Shown piece after piece: positions 48,057 through 60,954 of a stretch of DNA of 64,000 bases. Numbering within the stretch: the first letter of the stretch is position 1; the number at the start of each line of letters is the position of its first letter. The DNA lies in the NCBI GenBank assembly GCA_964016885.1, contig OZ024747.1:7564001-7628000 (forward strand), written 5' to 3'. The stretch is from Eledone cirrhosa (taxonomy: Eukaryota). The position numbers and the translations under genes are program-made. Below the pieces are notes generated by a model. That model was not told the DNA's origin and did no database searches. It worked only from the letters and a program-made list of their open reading frames with translations.

Positions 48057-48109
<53 letters not shown>

Positions 48110-48811
48110 GTGGGGTGGGGGGTGGGGGGCACGGAAGTACGGGATCAGATGGACCTGCCCACACGAAACCATATGTTCTGCTTTTGACTTGATTTCTACA
48201 GCTGCATGCCCTTGCTAATGCCAACCATTTAACTGTGTGTATTGGAAGCATACAAGTGTACAGTGCTCAGGTGCACTACAACTTGTCAAAGGTGCATGTA
48301 TAGTACATAGAATAATGTACAAATGTCAGGAAAGTGAACAGTGTATGAGTCATGATATACATGTGTATATATATATATAAATTATATATTGATCTCTTTT
48401 GATATATATGCTGCTATCTTGGCATGTTAGCTTATAACCATATCAAGGATGTGTAACAGTGACTATTATATAAATCAATTAAAAGTAATTGAAAAGAAAA
48501 AGTCTCAAAACTTCTTGACTGCACCTCATAATCATCTCTATTCCCGATTAAGCACTGTCGTGCTGATGTTTGTCATCTTAACGGCTTATACATTTTTCAT
48601 ACACTAAAGTCTAAATTCCCTAACCATTGTTGTTGTTGTTGTTTATAGCATCTATAATGTTATTATTTTCCTTAATGTATTTTGTTGTTTTTGTAGTGGT
48701 GGTGGTGATGGTATGGGGTATCAGTAAAATTATTTTTGTTGTTATTTAATAAAAGTGTATTTTTTTCTGTTCAACTCAGAATAGTTTTTTGGGGGGATTT
48801 TTTTTTTTTTC

Positions 48812-50858
48812 ACATTATCAGTGACCCCCTTGCTGAAAGTACCATCGAAGTAGGTGAGGGACTCATGACCTCCATATCAGAATGCCGCCAACGGAAATGG
48901 CAAAACCTGTTAGAGACAACTGATATGACGAAAAACAGTAAAAAGGCATGGAGTCTAATCCGGAAAATCAGCAATGACCCGTCAACTCCAACACAACAGC
49001 AGTACACCATCACCGCCAACCAAGTTGCATATCAGCTGTTGCTCAATGGGAAATCCCACCAAACAGCCAAGACCAAAGGTCGACCGACTTCAGTACTCCC
49101 AAACCACCGGACTGACTAAGCCGTTCTCGCTTGAAGAGCTCAATATCAGCATCAATGCCCTTAAGACTGGTAAAGCCATCGGCCTAGATAATATTTTCAC
49201 AGAGGAGATCAAGCACTTTGGACCTCTGACACGGAAATGGATCCTTGAGCTGATGAACAACTGCATGCAGACAAGAAACATCCCAAAAATCTGGAGAAAA
49301 ACCAGAATTATTGCTCTTCTCAAACCGAGTAAAGATCCAGCGCATGCAAAGAGTTTCCACCCAATCTCCCTGCTATGCTACCTGTTTAAGCTGTTTGAGC
49401 ACCTGATCCTCAGCAGGTTGGCCCCAGTTGTTGAACCAGCCATCATCCTCCAACATGCTGGATTCCAACCTGGCAAATCCACAACAAGCCAACTCCTGAA
49501 TCTCACTCAGCACATTGAAGATGGGTTTCAGAAAGGACCGGTAAGAGGAACCGTTTTTGTTGATCTGTCGGCCGCATACGACACTGTGAACCATCGCCTC
49601 CTCCTGAAAAAGATCTTGGAGCTGACAAAAGACCTGGCACTCACAGACCTCATTGGAGCCCTCTTGAAAGACAAGTGCTTCTATGTTACCCTGAACAACA
49701 AGCAAAGTCGTTGGCGATGACAAAGGAACGGCTTACCTCAAGGTAGTGTGATGGCTCCACTACTATATAACATCTACACCAATGACCAGCCAATGGACCA
49801 GAACACTGAGCGGTTCATCTACGCTGACGACCTCTGTGTTACATCCCAAGAGAGTACGTTCGAAGCAGTAGAAGCAAACCTCAACTCAGCCCTGGATGAG
49901 CTACTCCTCTACTACGAGAGCAACCACCTGCACGCAAACCCTGCGAAGACTCAAGCCTGCACGTTCCATCTCAGGAACCAGGAAGCCAACCGACCTCTTA
50001 ACATCACATGGTCAGGAACACCACTTGAGAACTGCACCAATCATGTCTACCTTGGCGTAACCCTGGACCGCACCCTCTCATTCAAGGAACACATCAAAAA
50101 CACCAAATTGAAAGTCAGCTCCCGGAACAACATCCTACGGAAACTGACCAACTCCAAATGGGGAGCCACAGCACACACTAAGATGTACTGCCTTGGCCTG
50201 TACTATTCCTCTGCGGAGTATGCGTGTCCTGTTGGGAGAGATCAACCCATGCCAGTAAACTAGACCCAGCATTGAACAACACCTGCCGTTTGATCACTGG
50301 TTGCCTGAAGCCTACCAACCCGAATAACCCACATCTCCTCGGTGGCATTGCCCCTGCAGATGTGAGACAGGACCCTGCCAGCCGAGTAGAGATCACAAAG
50401 GCTATTCATGGACGTTAACCTCTGCCCCAACGACTGAAGTCAAGGAGAAGCTTCCTCAACCATGTCCAGCCCCTAACAACATCTCAGGAAGAAACCAGAC
50501 TACAGCTATGGACTAGAAAGCTAGAGAATGACTCCCCTCCTATTCACAGGGGAATCCCCCCTTCTGAAGCCCTCCCTCCTGGTTCAGAAGCACCATGGGG
50601 TCCAGTGGAAGACACTCAACCGCCTGAGAACAGGAATGGGGTGATCAAAAGCTGCTATGGCCAGATGGGGCTACAAGACCGGCCCAACCATCTGTGAATG
50701 CGGAGAGGAGGACCATACAATGCAGCACTGCCTTGTTTGCCCTCTACTATCCAACCAGTGCAGCTTAAAATATCTCGCAGAATTTAATAATAATGCAAAG
50801 GACTGTGTAAAGAAATGGGAAACTGTCATATGCTTTGAAGATATGAAAAGAAGAAGAA
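48812..50858 (+). mobile_element. Ingi/Vingi-clade LINE, 5'-truncated, RT pseudogenised
   Basis: PISLLCYLFKLFE, GFQPGKST..QLLNLTQHIEDGF, FVDLSAAYDTV, GLPQGSVMAPLLYNIY, FIYADD, and C-terminal LNRLRTG...CECG..HTMQHCLVC; stop at 49718-49720 plus frameshifts; (GAA)n tail. Confidence 0.82.
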
Positions 50859-51216
50859 CTGTCAACAGCTTCAGTCAGTTGTGGAAACCTCATTAAAACA
50901 GAAAGAGGGGATATATATAGAGAGAGAGAGAAAGAGAGAGAGAGAGAGCTTCACCTCCTACTCCTTCATGTTGTTCATCTGTCACCATATTGAAACACCC
51001 CATCTCTCTGTTAAAACATATATGATTGGTTTAAATGGAAATAAATGAATTTTCTAGCCTGAAAGCTAGGAAATTAGACTTTTTTTACAAAATATATAAA
51101 CAGAGTAGTTTTGTTTGCTTACAGTATTTGTCAATTATATTAAAAAACAAACAGTCAGAGACAGGTGACAAGTGACAAAAAGCAGTAGTCAACTTGACAA
51201 CCAACTACAATAACAA

Positions 51217-51430
51217 TAATTGTTTCTACTTTTGGCACAAAACCAGCAATTTGAAGGGAAGGGCGAAAGGTAATTAAATGGACCCTAGTGCATTACCGGT
51301 ACATTAATTCATTGACTCCATAAGGATGAAAGGCAAAGATAACCTTAGCAGGATTTGAACACAGAACATAAAGGCCTGAAGCTATACGCCGCAAAGCATG
51401 TTGTCTGACACTCTACCAATACTACCAATT
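51217..51430 (-). mobile_element. Diverged tRNA-SINE copy
   Basis: AATTGTTTCTACTTTTGGCACAA and AAGGATGAAAGGCAAAG...GGATTTGAAC; family of 3035-3223. Confidence 0.7.
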
Positions 51431-52259
51431 CATATAGAGAAAGAAATGCTGAGGTTCTACACGATAAGATGTCTTTGATAAAATTTATTTAAAATATATT
51501 ATATGTTGTTTTGTTTTTATATGAATAAATTCTCTTTCTAAAACATAACTTTAGTTTCAGTTAATGTGATATTCAAACTAAAGTGATCGAATTATCCATG
51601 AAATATAGGCATGGGGGCCGTGATTTTTAGAAAATCGTATAGAACTCCGCAACAAATATTTGGAAACCACTGCTCTAGGCTATTGTTATCTTAAATAGAA
51701 TAGACTTTATCAATATGGCAACTACCAACATTCAAATCAAAATCCTCCCTGGCCGAGTTATCTCCCTTGCATCGTTTGGCTAGCCATCTTACATCAATCT
51801 CGATATTTTTCTTTTTCCGTGAAGATTTCAAACATTTTCAAAACACATTTTTATACTGATACATATATTCATAGTGAGTATATAGTGTATGATTGTTGTT
51901 GTTCTATATTTACGATCAAAGGGGTTCCAATCATGACCATTCCATCTTATATTTAGGCAAAGCAAATCTAAAAGGACTACATTATTCAATATAACCATCC
52001 TTTTTTTTAAATGGTAAAGTATGATTTGAGAGATATTTGATTTCTCTTGTTTAATCTCAGCTAAGCCGTGGTTGGGGCGGCGAATGCTTCGTGATATTTG
52101 TTTCAGCTCTCTGCGTTTCGAATTCAAATCGCTCCAAGGTCAACTTTGTTTTTCATTCTCTCGCGATCGATAAATAACGAACTCGAACAGTATCGGAATT
52201 GATTCTCCTGCTATATTTTCTCCCACTTTCTTTCTCTGGAAGAAATCGACTGTGTTTAG

Positions 52260-53215
52260 AGGATCCCTGATGGAGGGTTGGGCTTTGCAATGTTTGGTAA
52301 CTTGTTCTCGTCCGAGAGTGTCCTCCCTTATATTCGCCCCTTGTTCTTTAGGGCTAAACCGTTTGGCCCCACAAAGCCCAGTGGTGAACTCCGCCTCATA
52401 ACAGCTAGGTGCACACAGCGAAAGTATGTCTGTCCTCGATTTCCGACTGCCTGTCCGCCGAATTTTCCCCTATTCAGCTAGGAGTGGATACCAAGTTGAT
52501 ATGTAAGGCTGCCGCTCAAGCCACCAGAGCATTTACCAAATTGCCTTCCGAAACCCCTTAGGTTATCCTCAAACTAGATCTCAGGAATGCTTTCAATTCC
52601 ATCAGTCGGGATGTCATCCTCCGTTCAGTAAAGGAGAATGCCCATCAGCTTTACCATTTTTCTTGGCAAACCTATCGGGAGCCTTCCTACCTCTCCTTAG
52701 GTGACCATTTCATCCTCTATGCCTCAAAGGTCTAAGAGGGTGACCTGTTCTTTTCGTAGTGAGTATTGATGACATCACCCAGATGGGAGCTGACCTGGAT
52801 TTGAATGTCTAGTATCTGAATGATGCTTGTTCGGGGAGTCCTCCAGATAAGGTCCTTACAACCCCGAAGACGATGATTGAGGAACTGGGTTGTAAGGGCC
52901 TTCACGTAAACAGTTCCAAACGTGAGCTCTGGCCCCCTCAACCATCCAGCTTCACATCAGGTTGTAAACCTGTTTACAGAGTCCTTCCCCTCTATAACGG
53001 TTCCTCTCTCATCAGCGTGGTGCTTCCTTGGAGCCCCTATTACTGACCAAGTCTTCGAGTCTATCTTTCGATCTAAGTTGGCTAACCTCGAGGCCATTGA
53101 GCCTCACCAAGGTTTTTTTTTATACTTAGGTATTACTTGTCGATTCCTAAGTTGTATTTCCTCAGAGTTAGTCCTTCCTACAGATTCTCATCGTCTCTCC
53201 AACGCTTTGACGAAT
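52260..53215 (+). mobile_element. Degenerate CRE-clade non-LTR RT fragment
   Basis: LPYIRPLFFRAK...KPSGELRLI, QLGVDTKLICKAAAQATRAF, VILKLDLRNAFNSISR, KV*EGDL and DLNV*YLNDA, matching CRE RT motifs with stops and frameshifts. Confidence 0.7.
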
Positions 53216-53224
53216 TAATTCGAT

Positions 53225-53370
53225 AGTAGTTGAGTAGGGATGTGGTCCAGGGACCAAGAACGTCGGACGTCTCCACTGCCACAATCTATCAGAGAGCGGC
53301 TGATACTTTGACAATTTGCTCTCTTGGGCCTGACTAGTTGCGTCAACCTCAGCGGTAACAGGGGGGACTA
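53225..53370 (-). mobile_element. CRE-like endonuclease fragment, inverted relative to the adjacent RT
   Basis: Minus strand reads ATSQAQESKLSKYQPLSDR / VAVETSDVLGPWTTSLL. Confidence 0.6.
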
Positions 53371-56300
53371 CAAAGATCATGAGTACTTCCCCTTCTTACA
53401 AATTGTAAAAAAAAAAAAATTCTTTCTCTATAAACTGTGAACTGTGGCAGATGGTTACAAACAGCAGATTGTCGAACAAAATACTTTGTGGTATTTAGTT
53501 ACGGCCCTTTACGTCTTGAGTTCAATTCCGATCCAAGGTCAACTTTACCTTTCATCCTTCTGGGATCGATTGAAATAATAATTTGAAAATATCACGGCGG
53601 TTTGACTATGATGAAGTATGCCTCCTTCTTCGAGATATGCCAACTAAAGACAGGCATATTCCTATAAAGCACCCGAGATGCGGATCGAATTATAGTACAA
53701 GATAAGGTATTCTTTCGATATTGGTAAGTTGATTTAGTTTTCAATCCAGTACATTAGTTCCAATAACATAATTTTGTAAACATAATTACAAGATACATAA
53801 TTAAAAAGATATTTTAATCTTTATATGTTACAATAATATGCCTTATGAAGAAAATGAGATCAAAGAAAGAGTTCTTGTGAATGTATTGCCAAAGATCTAG
53901 CGGATATATAGCGAACAAATCCACCGAAGTTCTTTGCTTTGATCTGGATTTTGATTTGGCAATTTACCGTTTAGTGTTTATCTTAGCATTCACTGAATTA
54001 ACAGAATAACAGAGATAAAATAATTTGAAGCTAAATACAGAATCGACAAGTAACATACTGAATCCAAAAACTAAATAACGTACCAATAGCGAAAGGATAC
54101 TTAAAATAGCTTATGAAGGTGACAATAGTGTATAATAGTTTATAAAGGTGAAAGTAGTGCTAAACGTTCTAAGCGGCTAATGAGACAGTGAAAGGCCTCC
54201 TACAACATTAAGTATCAGTGTTCTCACCATGCCGCATTGGACCATGTGATGTAAGTAACATATATATATATATACACAAACTAGGTTTTGATTTTTTATA
54301 TTTCTTAACCTACTTATTCCTTGATCATCATCGGCTCTTAATCATTAACAGATGATTAATTAATGACACTCTTTAAAATGTCTCCTTTTATGCTTAAAAG
54401 GCCATTTGGTCCAACTATATAAACTCATTAAAGAGATATCGATATAAAATAGCGGTTTGTACGTGTAAATATATCTGTTATGCCCCCTCCCCGTCCTCTC
54501 TTTGTATATATATATATATATATTAATTACAGATATGTGTATATGTGATAACTGAATGATCTATTCATCTATCGAGTACTAATCGAACGCATATATTCAA
54601 TATATTTACTCACGCACATGTATATTGACATGCATGTTTGTGTTTCTACTATTATTTATCAGCATCTCTTTAACAGACGTGTCCCAAATTGTAGAGTTAG
54701 TAGTGTCGCTTTTGATGGTTTTCAAATTATTTTATTACCATCGTAATAGATGAATTGAATGCAAAATACAGAGCGATACTTTCAAGGTTATGTACATCCA
54801 GTTAATGATCCCAGCATTCACTATCAATAATCGTATTGGAATTTATTTTCGTCGTTGTTTCTATATATATATACAAGTATTTCTGTCTGTGTGTGTGTGT
54901 GTCTCTCTCTCTCTCTCTCTCTCTCGCGCACCCTCTCTCTCTCTATATATATATATATATAATATGTGTGTATGTATAAAAGATAAACGTCTAAATTCAT
55001 TCATACAATGACAAGCTGCCGTGTGTGTGTATTTGATGATGCATGCAAGACTTGCTCACAAAATATAGCCGGTAGAAACTATTCATTTTGACAATGTTTA
55101 AAAAAGAAACAAACATTATTTTGGTAATGATCTTTAGGAGACTAATGTCTGGGCCTTGTTCTTCCTAACAAAAGAATATTTATATGGTGGTGGTTTGGGA
55201 ATCAGCTTTCGCCCATCAGCTGTCAGTATAGGGGTCATTTCTACTCTGCTCCCCCGCTATTAAACACACGAGCAAGGTCAGATTTAAGTATTAACTGGCT
55301 TCACAGCCTGAAAAGGGCTCTCAAAATCTCGGATTTTTATTATACGCTCCAGTCATACTATATTTATATTTGAGTAATAATTTGATTTAATTAAAAACTT
55401 AAGCACAAATTATTATTTTTAAATTGCTATTTACATAAAATTATATGATTTCGTTATTGTTTGCCCATCATGGGTGCATCTTCGCAGCATTCCTGTTCTC
55501 TGTTTACAATTGCCAAATAGGGCCTCTGCGTTCCTCGGGATCCCATTGCTAAGGCGCCACCACGGGTGATTTAGACGTTGCGTTATATATATATATATTG
55601 TTATTCTTTGAGAGGGTCATGTTATTTTGTTGGCTGTTACCGATATATATGCAGGAATTAATCGATCATGTCCTGTTGCTATCCCTTGTTTATATCGGAG
55701 AGGGGATATAATTGTATCTACCTTAAGATCAAACAGTTGTTGACACAACTGGCCAACACGAGTTCCATCGATTTACTGTCATCAACCTTAATTAGGGAAT
55801 AATATCAGAGACTTCGAGAATGGAAATAATTATTATCGAGCTGTTCGTTAAACACTTTCAGTATTGAATGTGAAGATTAAATTCTAAAATAATCAATAAG
55901 GATAATTCAAGTGAAATATGGTTTAAACTATTTAGTACATCACCAGCTACCCCTTCAAAACTGTGATAACGGATTTGATTTCTTTCGTTATTTGTTGAAT
56001 GAACAATCACCTCTGTCATTTGTCTTTGACACATATTCAGTTAAGGTGCTGACGACGCAAAATCAACCAGTTTTGGAGAAAATGTCGCGATTACTCAAAC
56101 TTGGTTATATATGCTTGCATTTATAGAACGAAACTATTTGATAATGAAACTATTTACATTCTCGATTATGTCTATGACAGCCTTCTTGTCCAATTGTCCA
56201 TTACAAGTCTTGTTTCTCGCGAGGGAACATCATGAAAGCCACATGTCTGCTAACGACGCGGATTATCATTTAATTTTAAAGGCTTTATTAAATATAATCT

Positions 56301-56577
56301 TATATGTAAATTTATCTAATGATTGAATTTAGCCGTCAATATTTAATGTTCCAGGACAGTCCTGATTGAACAAACATTTTGATCATGGCCATATGTTTGC
56401 TGTGTGTTATTTGTGCATTATTTTTTTTAAAGGGTGAAATATTCCGTAGCACATATTAGGTGTTGAAAGTCACCTCTGAAGACTTCATCGACATGTTTGA
56501 ACCATCAAGGGAGCCATTACTCAATCCTCGATCTGCTAGAAATAGCAGCCAAATCTCCCTCGAATTATACTCTATCG

Positions 56578-56931
56578 CAGTAGTTCCCAACTCTGCGCTG
56601 AGATAGAGCAAGATTCTATTTCAAAACGTGAAAAATACAAACTGAAATTCGTAATAAAGTTCATATGTTAAGGTGGGAAACAACTAACCGAAGAATGAAA
56701 ACATTGCCAAAAATCATCAAGCATGTTTCTTGTTGATAGTTTTGCTCCATTTATTGACTAAAGAAGAAAGTACAAATAATTTTTCTGTAATTCTAATTAT
56801 CTATATTTCTACATTATGCTATTATGTCTAAATATTTCTTTTGAAATAAGTTCCGAATTTAGGTAAAAAGTGTTCCAAAATATTTTTACTTGTTTCAAAT
56901 GCGTCATAAGTAAAACGTTTGGGAACCACTG
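56578..56931. mobile_element. hAT (Charlie-like) MITE nested in a (CAA)n-tailed SINE
   Basis: Terminal inverted repeats CAGTAGTTCCCAA / TTGGGAACCACTG; interrupts a repeat (~56450-57090) that also occurs at ~7605-7715, ~42152-42345 and ~59450-59550. TSD degenerate. Confidence 0.6.
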
Positions 56932-57729
56932 CCCTCTCATCTTGGAAAAAGGGAATTCCACACTGGACAATGTAGCCCTAGATAAACTCCATTTGAAAAA
57001 GGTGGGGTGGTCATAGCTGGAATTATTTTAACGATAGGTCTGCTCGATCAGTGTAGACCTAAAGCTAAGCAATAACAATAACAACAACAAGCTTTCTTAT
57101 TATGTTTTGTACTTTCCAAGAATACCTTGCTAATGCGGTTTCATGCGATACAGGACATTAAGAACATTTTAAAATTTTAGTGTTTTTGTTGTATATTAGT
57201 TTTAGTTTAGGGTTTTGGTGTAATGCATTTTGTGTGTTGTTTGATAATGTTTTTAATACTATGTTCATCTCTTCTATAAATATCATACATTTGATTCATG
57301 TAATGAATGCAGTTCATGTGTGGTTTATGTCCTTTTAATAACTAGTGCCTAATGTATTTATTGTATTGTATTTGTAATCTGTATTGTTCTATGACTTGAA
57401 CAATATATATTGGAATACCTGATGTTGTGGTTACTGTTTGTTTTATTCTGCCACTTTCTTTATTGTTTCATTTATGGGGAAGAATCTAAATACCCTCTTT
57501 TTTTTTTTTGTTTTTTTTTACAGTAGAATATCATAACAAATATGTTTTAATTATATACATAAATAACATCACAAATGCTTAGATAACATTATAAATTGCT
57601 CGTGATTCTTTCAGAAGGATATATTCCTTTAATGTTGCAATATTAAAGAAAATATAAAGTAAGGAGTGGACAACCGAGCCAACACCAGAGCAAAAGACAG
57701 CAGCATTACGAGGAGTACTGGGCAACCTC

Positions 57730-57905
57730 TCTAATGATTTTTGAGGCAAGCCTGCGCGCTTGCAGCGTTGCCTCAGGTGATGGCCAGGCTGATGTGCTGC
57801 AACAACCAAGCGCCCTCGCGAGATTCGCCAGTTACCTCTATTAGGTGAGCCGCCAGTGAAGAGAGGAAACTCGCAGTCAGCAGTCTCGAAAGCCACAGGC
57901 TTTAA
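57730..57905 (-). mobile_element. CRE-like non-LTR 3' end fragment
   Basis: Minus strand reads PVAFET ... EVTGESREGAWLLQHISLAIT*GNAAS, matching the CRE C-terminal TG..RE...L.QRISLAI.RGNAAS motif. Confidence 0.7.
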
Positions 57906-58554
57906 GTAGAGATCTTAGCACTGTCATTTTGTACCTTTATGGACATTTGTTGTCTCCATCTAAATATATGCAATTATTTTGTCTTTGGTGTAAATCAATA
58001 TGATGTATCTAGTATTCTCTTTCCAAATATCTAGCTCTAGAAATGGAGTTATTGTACTACTAGGGGTTTTATTTGTACTTTTCTGGGTGTTGAATGAACA
58101 GTTTTGTTTTCTATGTCTTCCTTTAATTTCTCAACATCTTCCAGTTTGTTCATTACAGCAAGTATATCATCCATATATGTTAATATCTTAGTACTACTTT
58201 GTTTCCAACAAAATTGAATGATACACAACTAGTTGTCAGACATACATGTTCTCCTTAGAAGAATTGAATTGGAGCAAGGTGAGGAATATATTCTTATATA
58301 GAATTAATTTATATACGCTATATGTAACCCTTCTTGAGTTATAATACCTCTGAAAAAGGGTATCCAGCTGTACAAAAGACTTGAGAAGATGTGGGCTCCG
58401 TAAGCCTCTGTGCAAATAAACCACAGTAACCCTGAATTAGAAGTGATACTGGGTTAAACAGGAATGGTTAGTCTGGTCACAGACCTCTCTAGTGCCAGTG
58501 GTATGATAAAATGGACCTAGTCTGTTTGGTAGAAAGGGTACTCAACTGTAAAAA

Positions 58555-59235
58555 GAAACTTGAGAACAAAATTGACCTGTTGTCTCTTTAGTGTGTATTA
58601 CATGACTAAAAACTGTGGCAAGATACTGCAATGCTAAATGACAGTGAGATATGGCCCTTGACTGCAGATGACCTGAGAAGGCTAAAAAAAATGAATCGAG
58701 TATGCTCTGATGGATATGTAATGTCAGTGTGCATGAACAACATAGCATAAGTGAACTGAGAGAAAAGCTTAGCCTAAGAGGAATTGGTATGGATATATGA
58801 TGTGGTGATGTGTTGTTTCCTTGAGCAAGACACTTTATTACTCAGCTGTAGAAATGAGATGATAGGACTGGGATCCCTATCATTCCACTGCAAAGTGGTC
58901 ATGGAGGTGCCACGGCAAAAAAGCACCCAGCACTCACTATAAATGAGGTTGGTGTTAGGAAGGGCATCCAGCTGTAGAAATCAAACCAGAATCAGTTCCC
59001 ATCCCACCCTTACAAGCAGGGAAAAGCAGACGTAAAATGAAATGATGATGGTGATGATATGATGGATATGGGTGATGACAGCTGTATAAAGAAATGCAGA
59101 GAAATCTCAGTGGCTCAGAGTCGAAGAAGAGGAAGACCCAGGAAGACATGGGATGAGGTAGTGAAAAGTAACCTTAAGCTGAACCTCAAAACAGGGATGA
59201 CAAAGGGCTGCAAGGATTGGCAATGTGTTGTTCTG
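58555..59235 (+). mobile_element. Degenerate RTE 3' fragment interrupted by an RTE-associated SINE
   Basis: RTE motifs at ~58555-58790 (SMLxWIC...LREKLSLRGI) and ~59060-59235 ([14 protein letters not shown]), separated by an AGGAAGGGCATCCAGC element ending GACGTAAAATGA..GATG. Confidence 0.65.
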
Positions 59236-60543
59236 CCTAATGATCCAGCCATGCCCCTGGTTCCTCTATCACTCATTAGTAGCTATTCTCACCATTACTG
59301 TACACTTTGCCTCTAATCTATCTAGGATCACCTCCCCCTCTTATATCCCAACACTCACACTATCCTGGATCACTCCCTGCCTAAAATCCTAACACACCTG
59401 TCAACCCTTTAGTAACTGAGAAAGTGGATGTTAAATGATGATGGTGATGATAATGTAGCCCTATGTCTAGAAAAAAGAATGGATGGCCATGATTGGAGCA
59501 CCTTTGATCATGGATCTGCTTGATATGTGCTGAACTAGGGTTAAACAACACATTAACTGAAAAAGATGCTCATGTATAAGTCCACCCCTTCCATTTTATG
59601 TTTGAGAAATAGACAAAAACCCAAATCCTGTGTATAAGCCAAGGTATCTACTCAACATATGCTTAGATACTGTGGCTTTTGCAAATTCCCATAAGTGGAA
59701 AATAATTTTATGAAGTTTTAATATTTTAATATCTAAAATGTTTTTAAGTTTCATTTAGATTATGGTTTTTGTTTCACAACTCCATTTATTACATAAAGGT
59801 TTTTTTACCATTTCATCTGTTTTATAAAGTTTCAACAAGTTTCTCAAAATTTTCGTTTACTTCCTTTTAGCAGACAACAGTAGTGCCACGTTCATGATGT
59901 AACGGGTTTTTATTTGACATATAAAACTCAGATGTCAAAGTTGGTGAAAATTGGCAAAATATTAACGTCAAATATGTCTATCCCTCCACTTCATCTGACC
60001 TATACACAAGTATATATGGTAAATTCAAAGCTGTTGGCTGAAATCTCCTTATTACATAACAAAATATGTTAGATTTCAGTTGTTAAATAACTGTCTGTTA
60101 TTATTCCATTGAAAGTGTGATTTCACTAAACCTCATAATTATTGATTATTTTGATATTTAAAATACAAAGGCAATATTTTCTTATTGGAAATATGGTTAC
60201 AAAAGAATTGATTTGTCCTTGTCTGGAAGATGTTGTTTCTATAAATAATGACATTGCAGATTAAAGTGGATCTGGTCTTTGAAGTCAACTCAACCATAGT
60301 GTTCAGATTTATTATCAGTGTCATTATAGTTCCCTCTCGTATATATATTTATTTATTAAGTAATATTTATCTCATAAGTGTCTCAATACATTGGTAGTTT
60401 TTCAAAGGTCTCTCTCTCTCTCTCCTCTCTGTATGTATGAATGTGTATATATATATATATATATAATGTGTGTGTGTTTTGTACTTTCGTAATTATCTAA
60501 TACTTAGCTGAATATGGTTTTACTAGTCTAAACTGGTTACTTC

Positions 60544-60613
<70 letters not shown>

Positions 60614-60619
<6 letters not shown>

Positions 60620-60735
60620 ATAAATGCTCTGAAATAGCGATATATATGTGAATATAGACATAGAGTATTCGAAAATATTCTGTATGTTTATAATAAACAT
60701 TTTGAAGACCTAATCGCTATAGAATAGAATACGTC
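60614..60735 (-). repeat. Inverted partial copy (~122 bp) of the 310-bp unit
   Basis: Reverse complement equals GACGTATTCTATTCTATAGCG...CATACAGAATATTTTCG...GCATTTATTCCAAT of the array. Confidence 0.93.
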
Positions 60736-60911
60736 TAAATATTTTCGAATACTCTATGTCTATATTCACATATATATCGCTATTTCAGAGCATTTATTCC
60801 AATTTCTAATTTCTGCCGGACCGGCAACCGCTCTTTCAAACCAGTTCCTGTACACAGCTAAGTATTCTATAAGTCTCTAGCTGTGTCATTCTCGATAAAA
60901 GCACTGGATAT

Positions 60912-60954
60912 GTAGTCCTGATGAATTCTAACAAGAATGAAACGCGTAGATTAC
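60912..60954 (+). ncRNA. Type I hammerhead ribozyme, copy 1
   Basis: GTAGTC-CTGATGA-ATTCT(AACA)AGAAT-GAAA-CGCG-TA-GATTAC: stem I GUAGUC/GAUUAC, intact CUGAUGA and GAAA cores, 5-bp stem II, palindromic minimal stem III, GUA cleavage triplet (cut after 60948). Confidence 0.88.

Noticed and set aside
57579-57896. 105-aa GC-rich ORF as a host exon
   Set aside because: Better explained as a frameshifted CRE retrotransposon 3' end.
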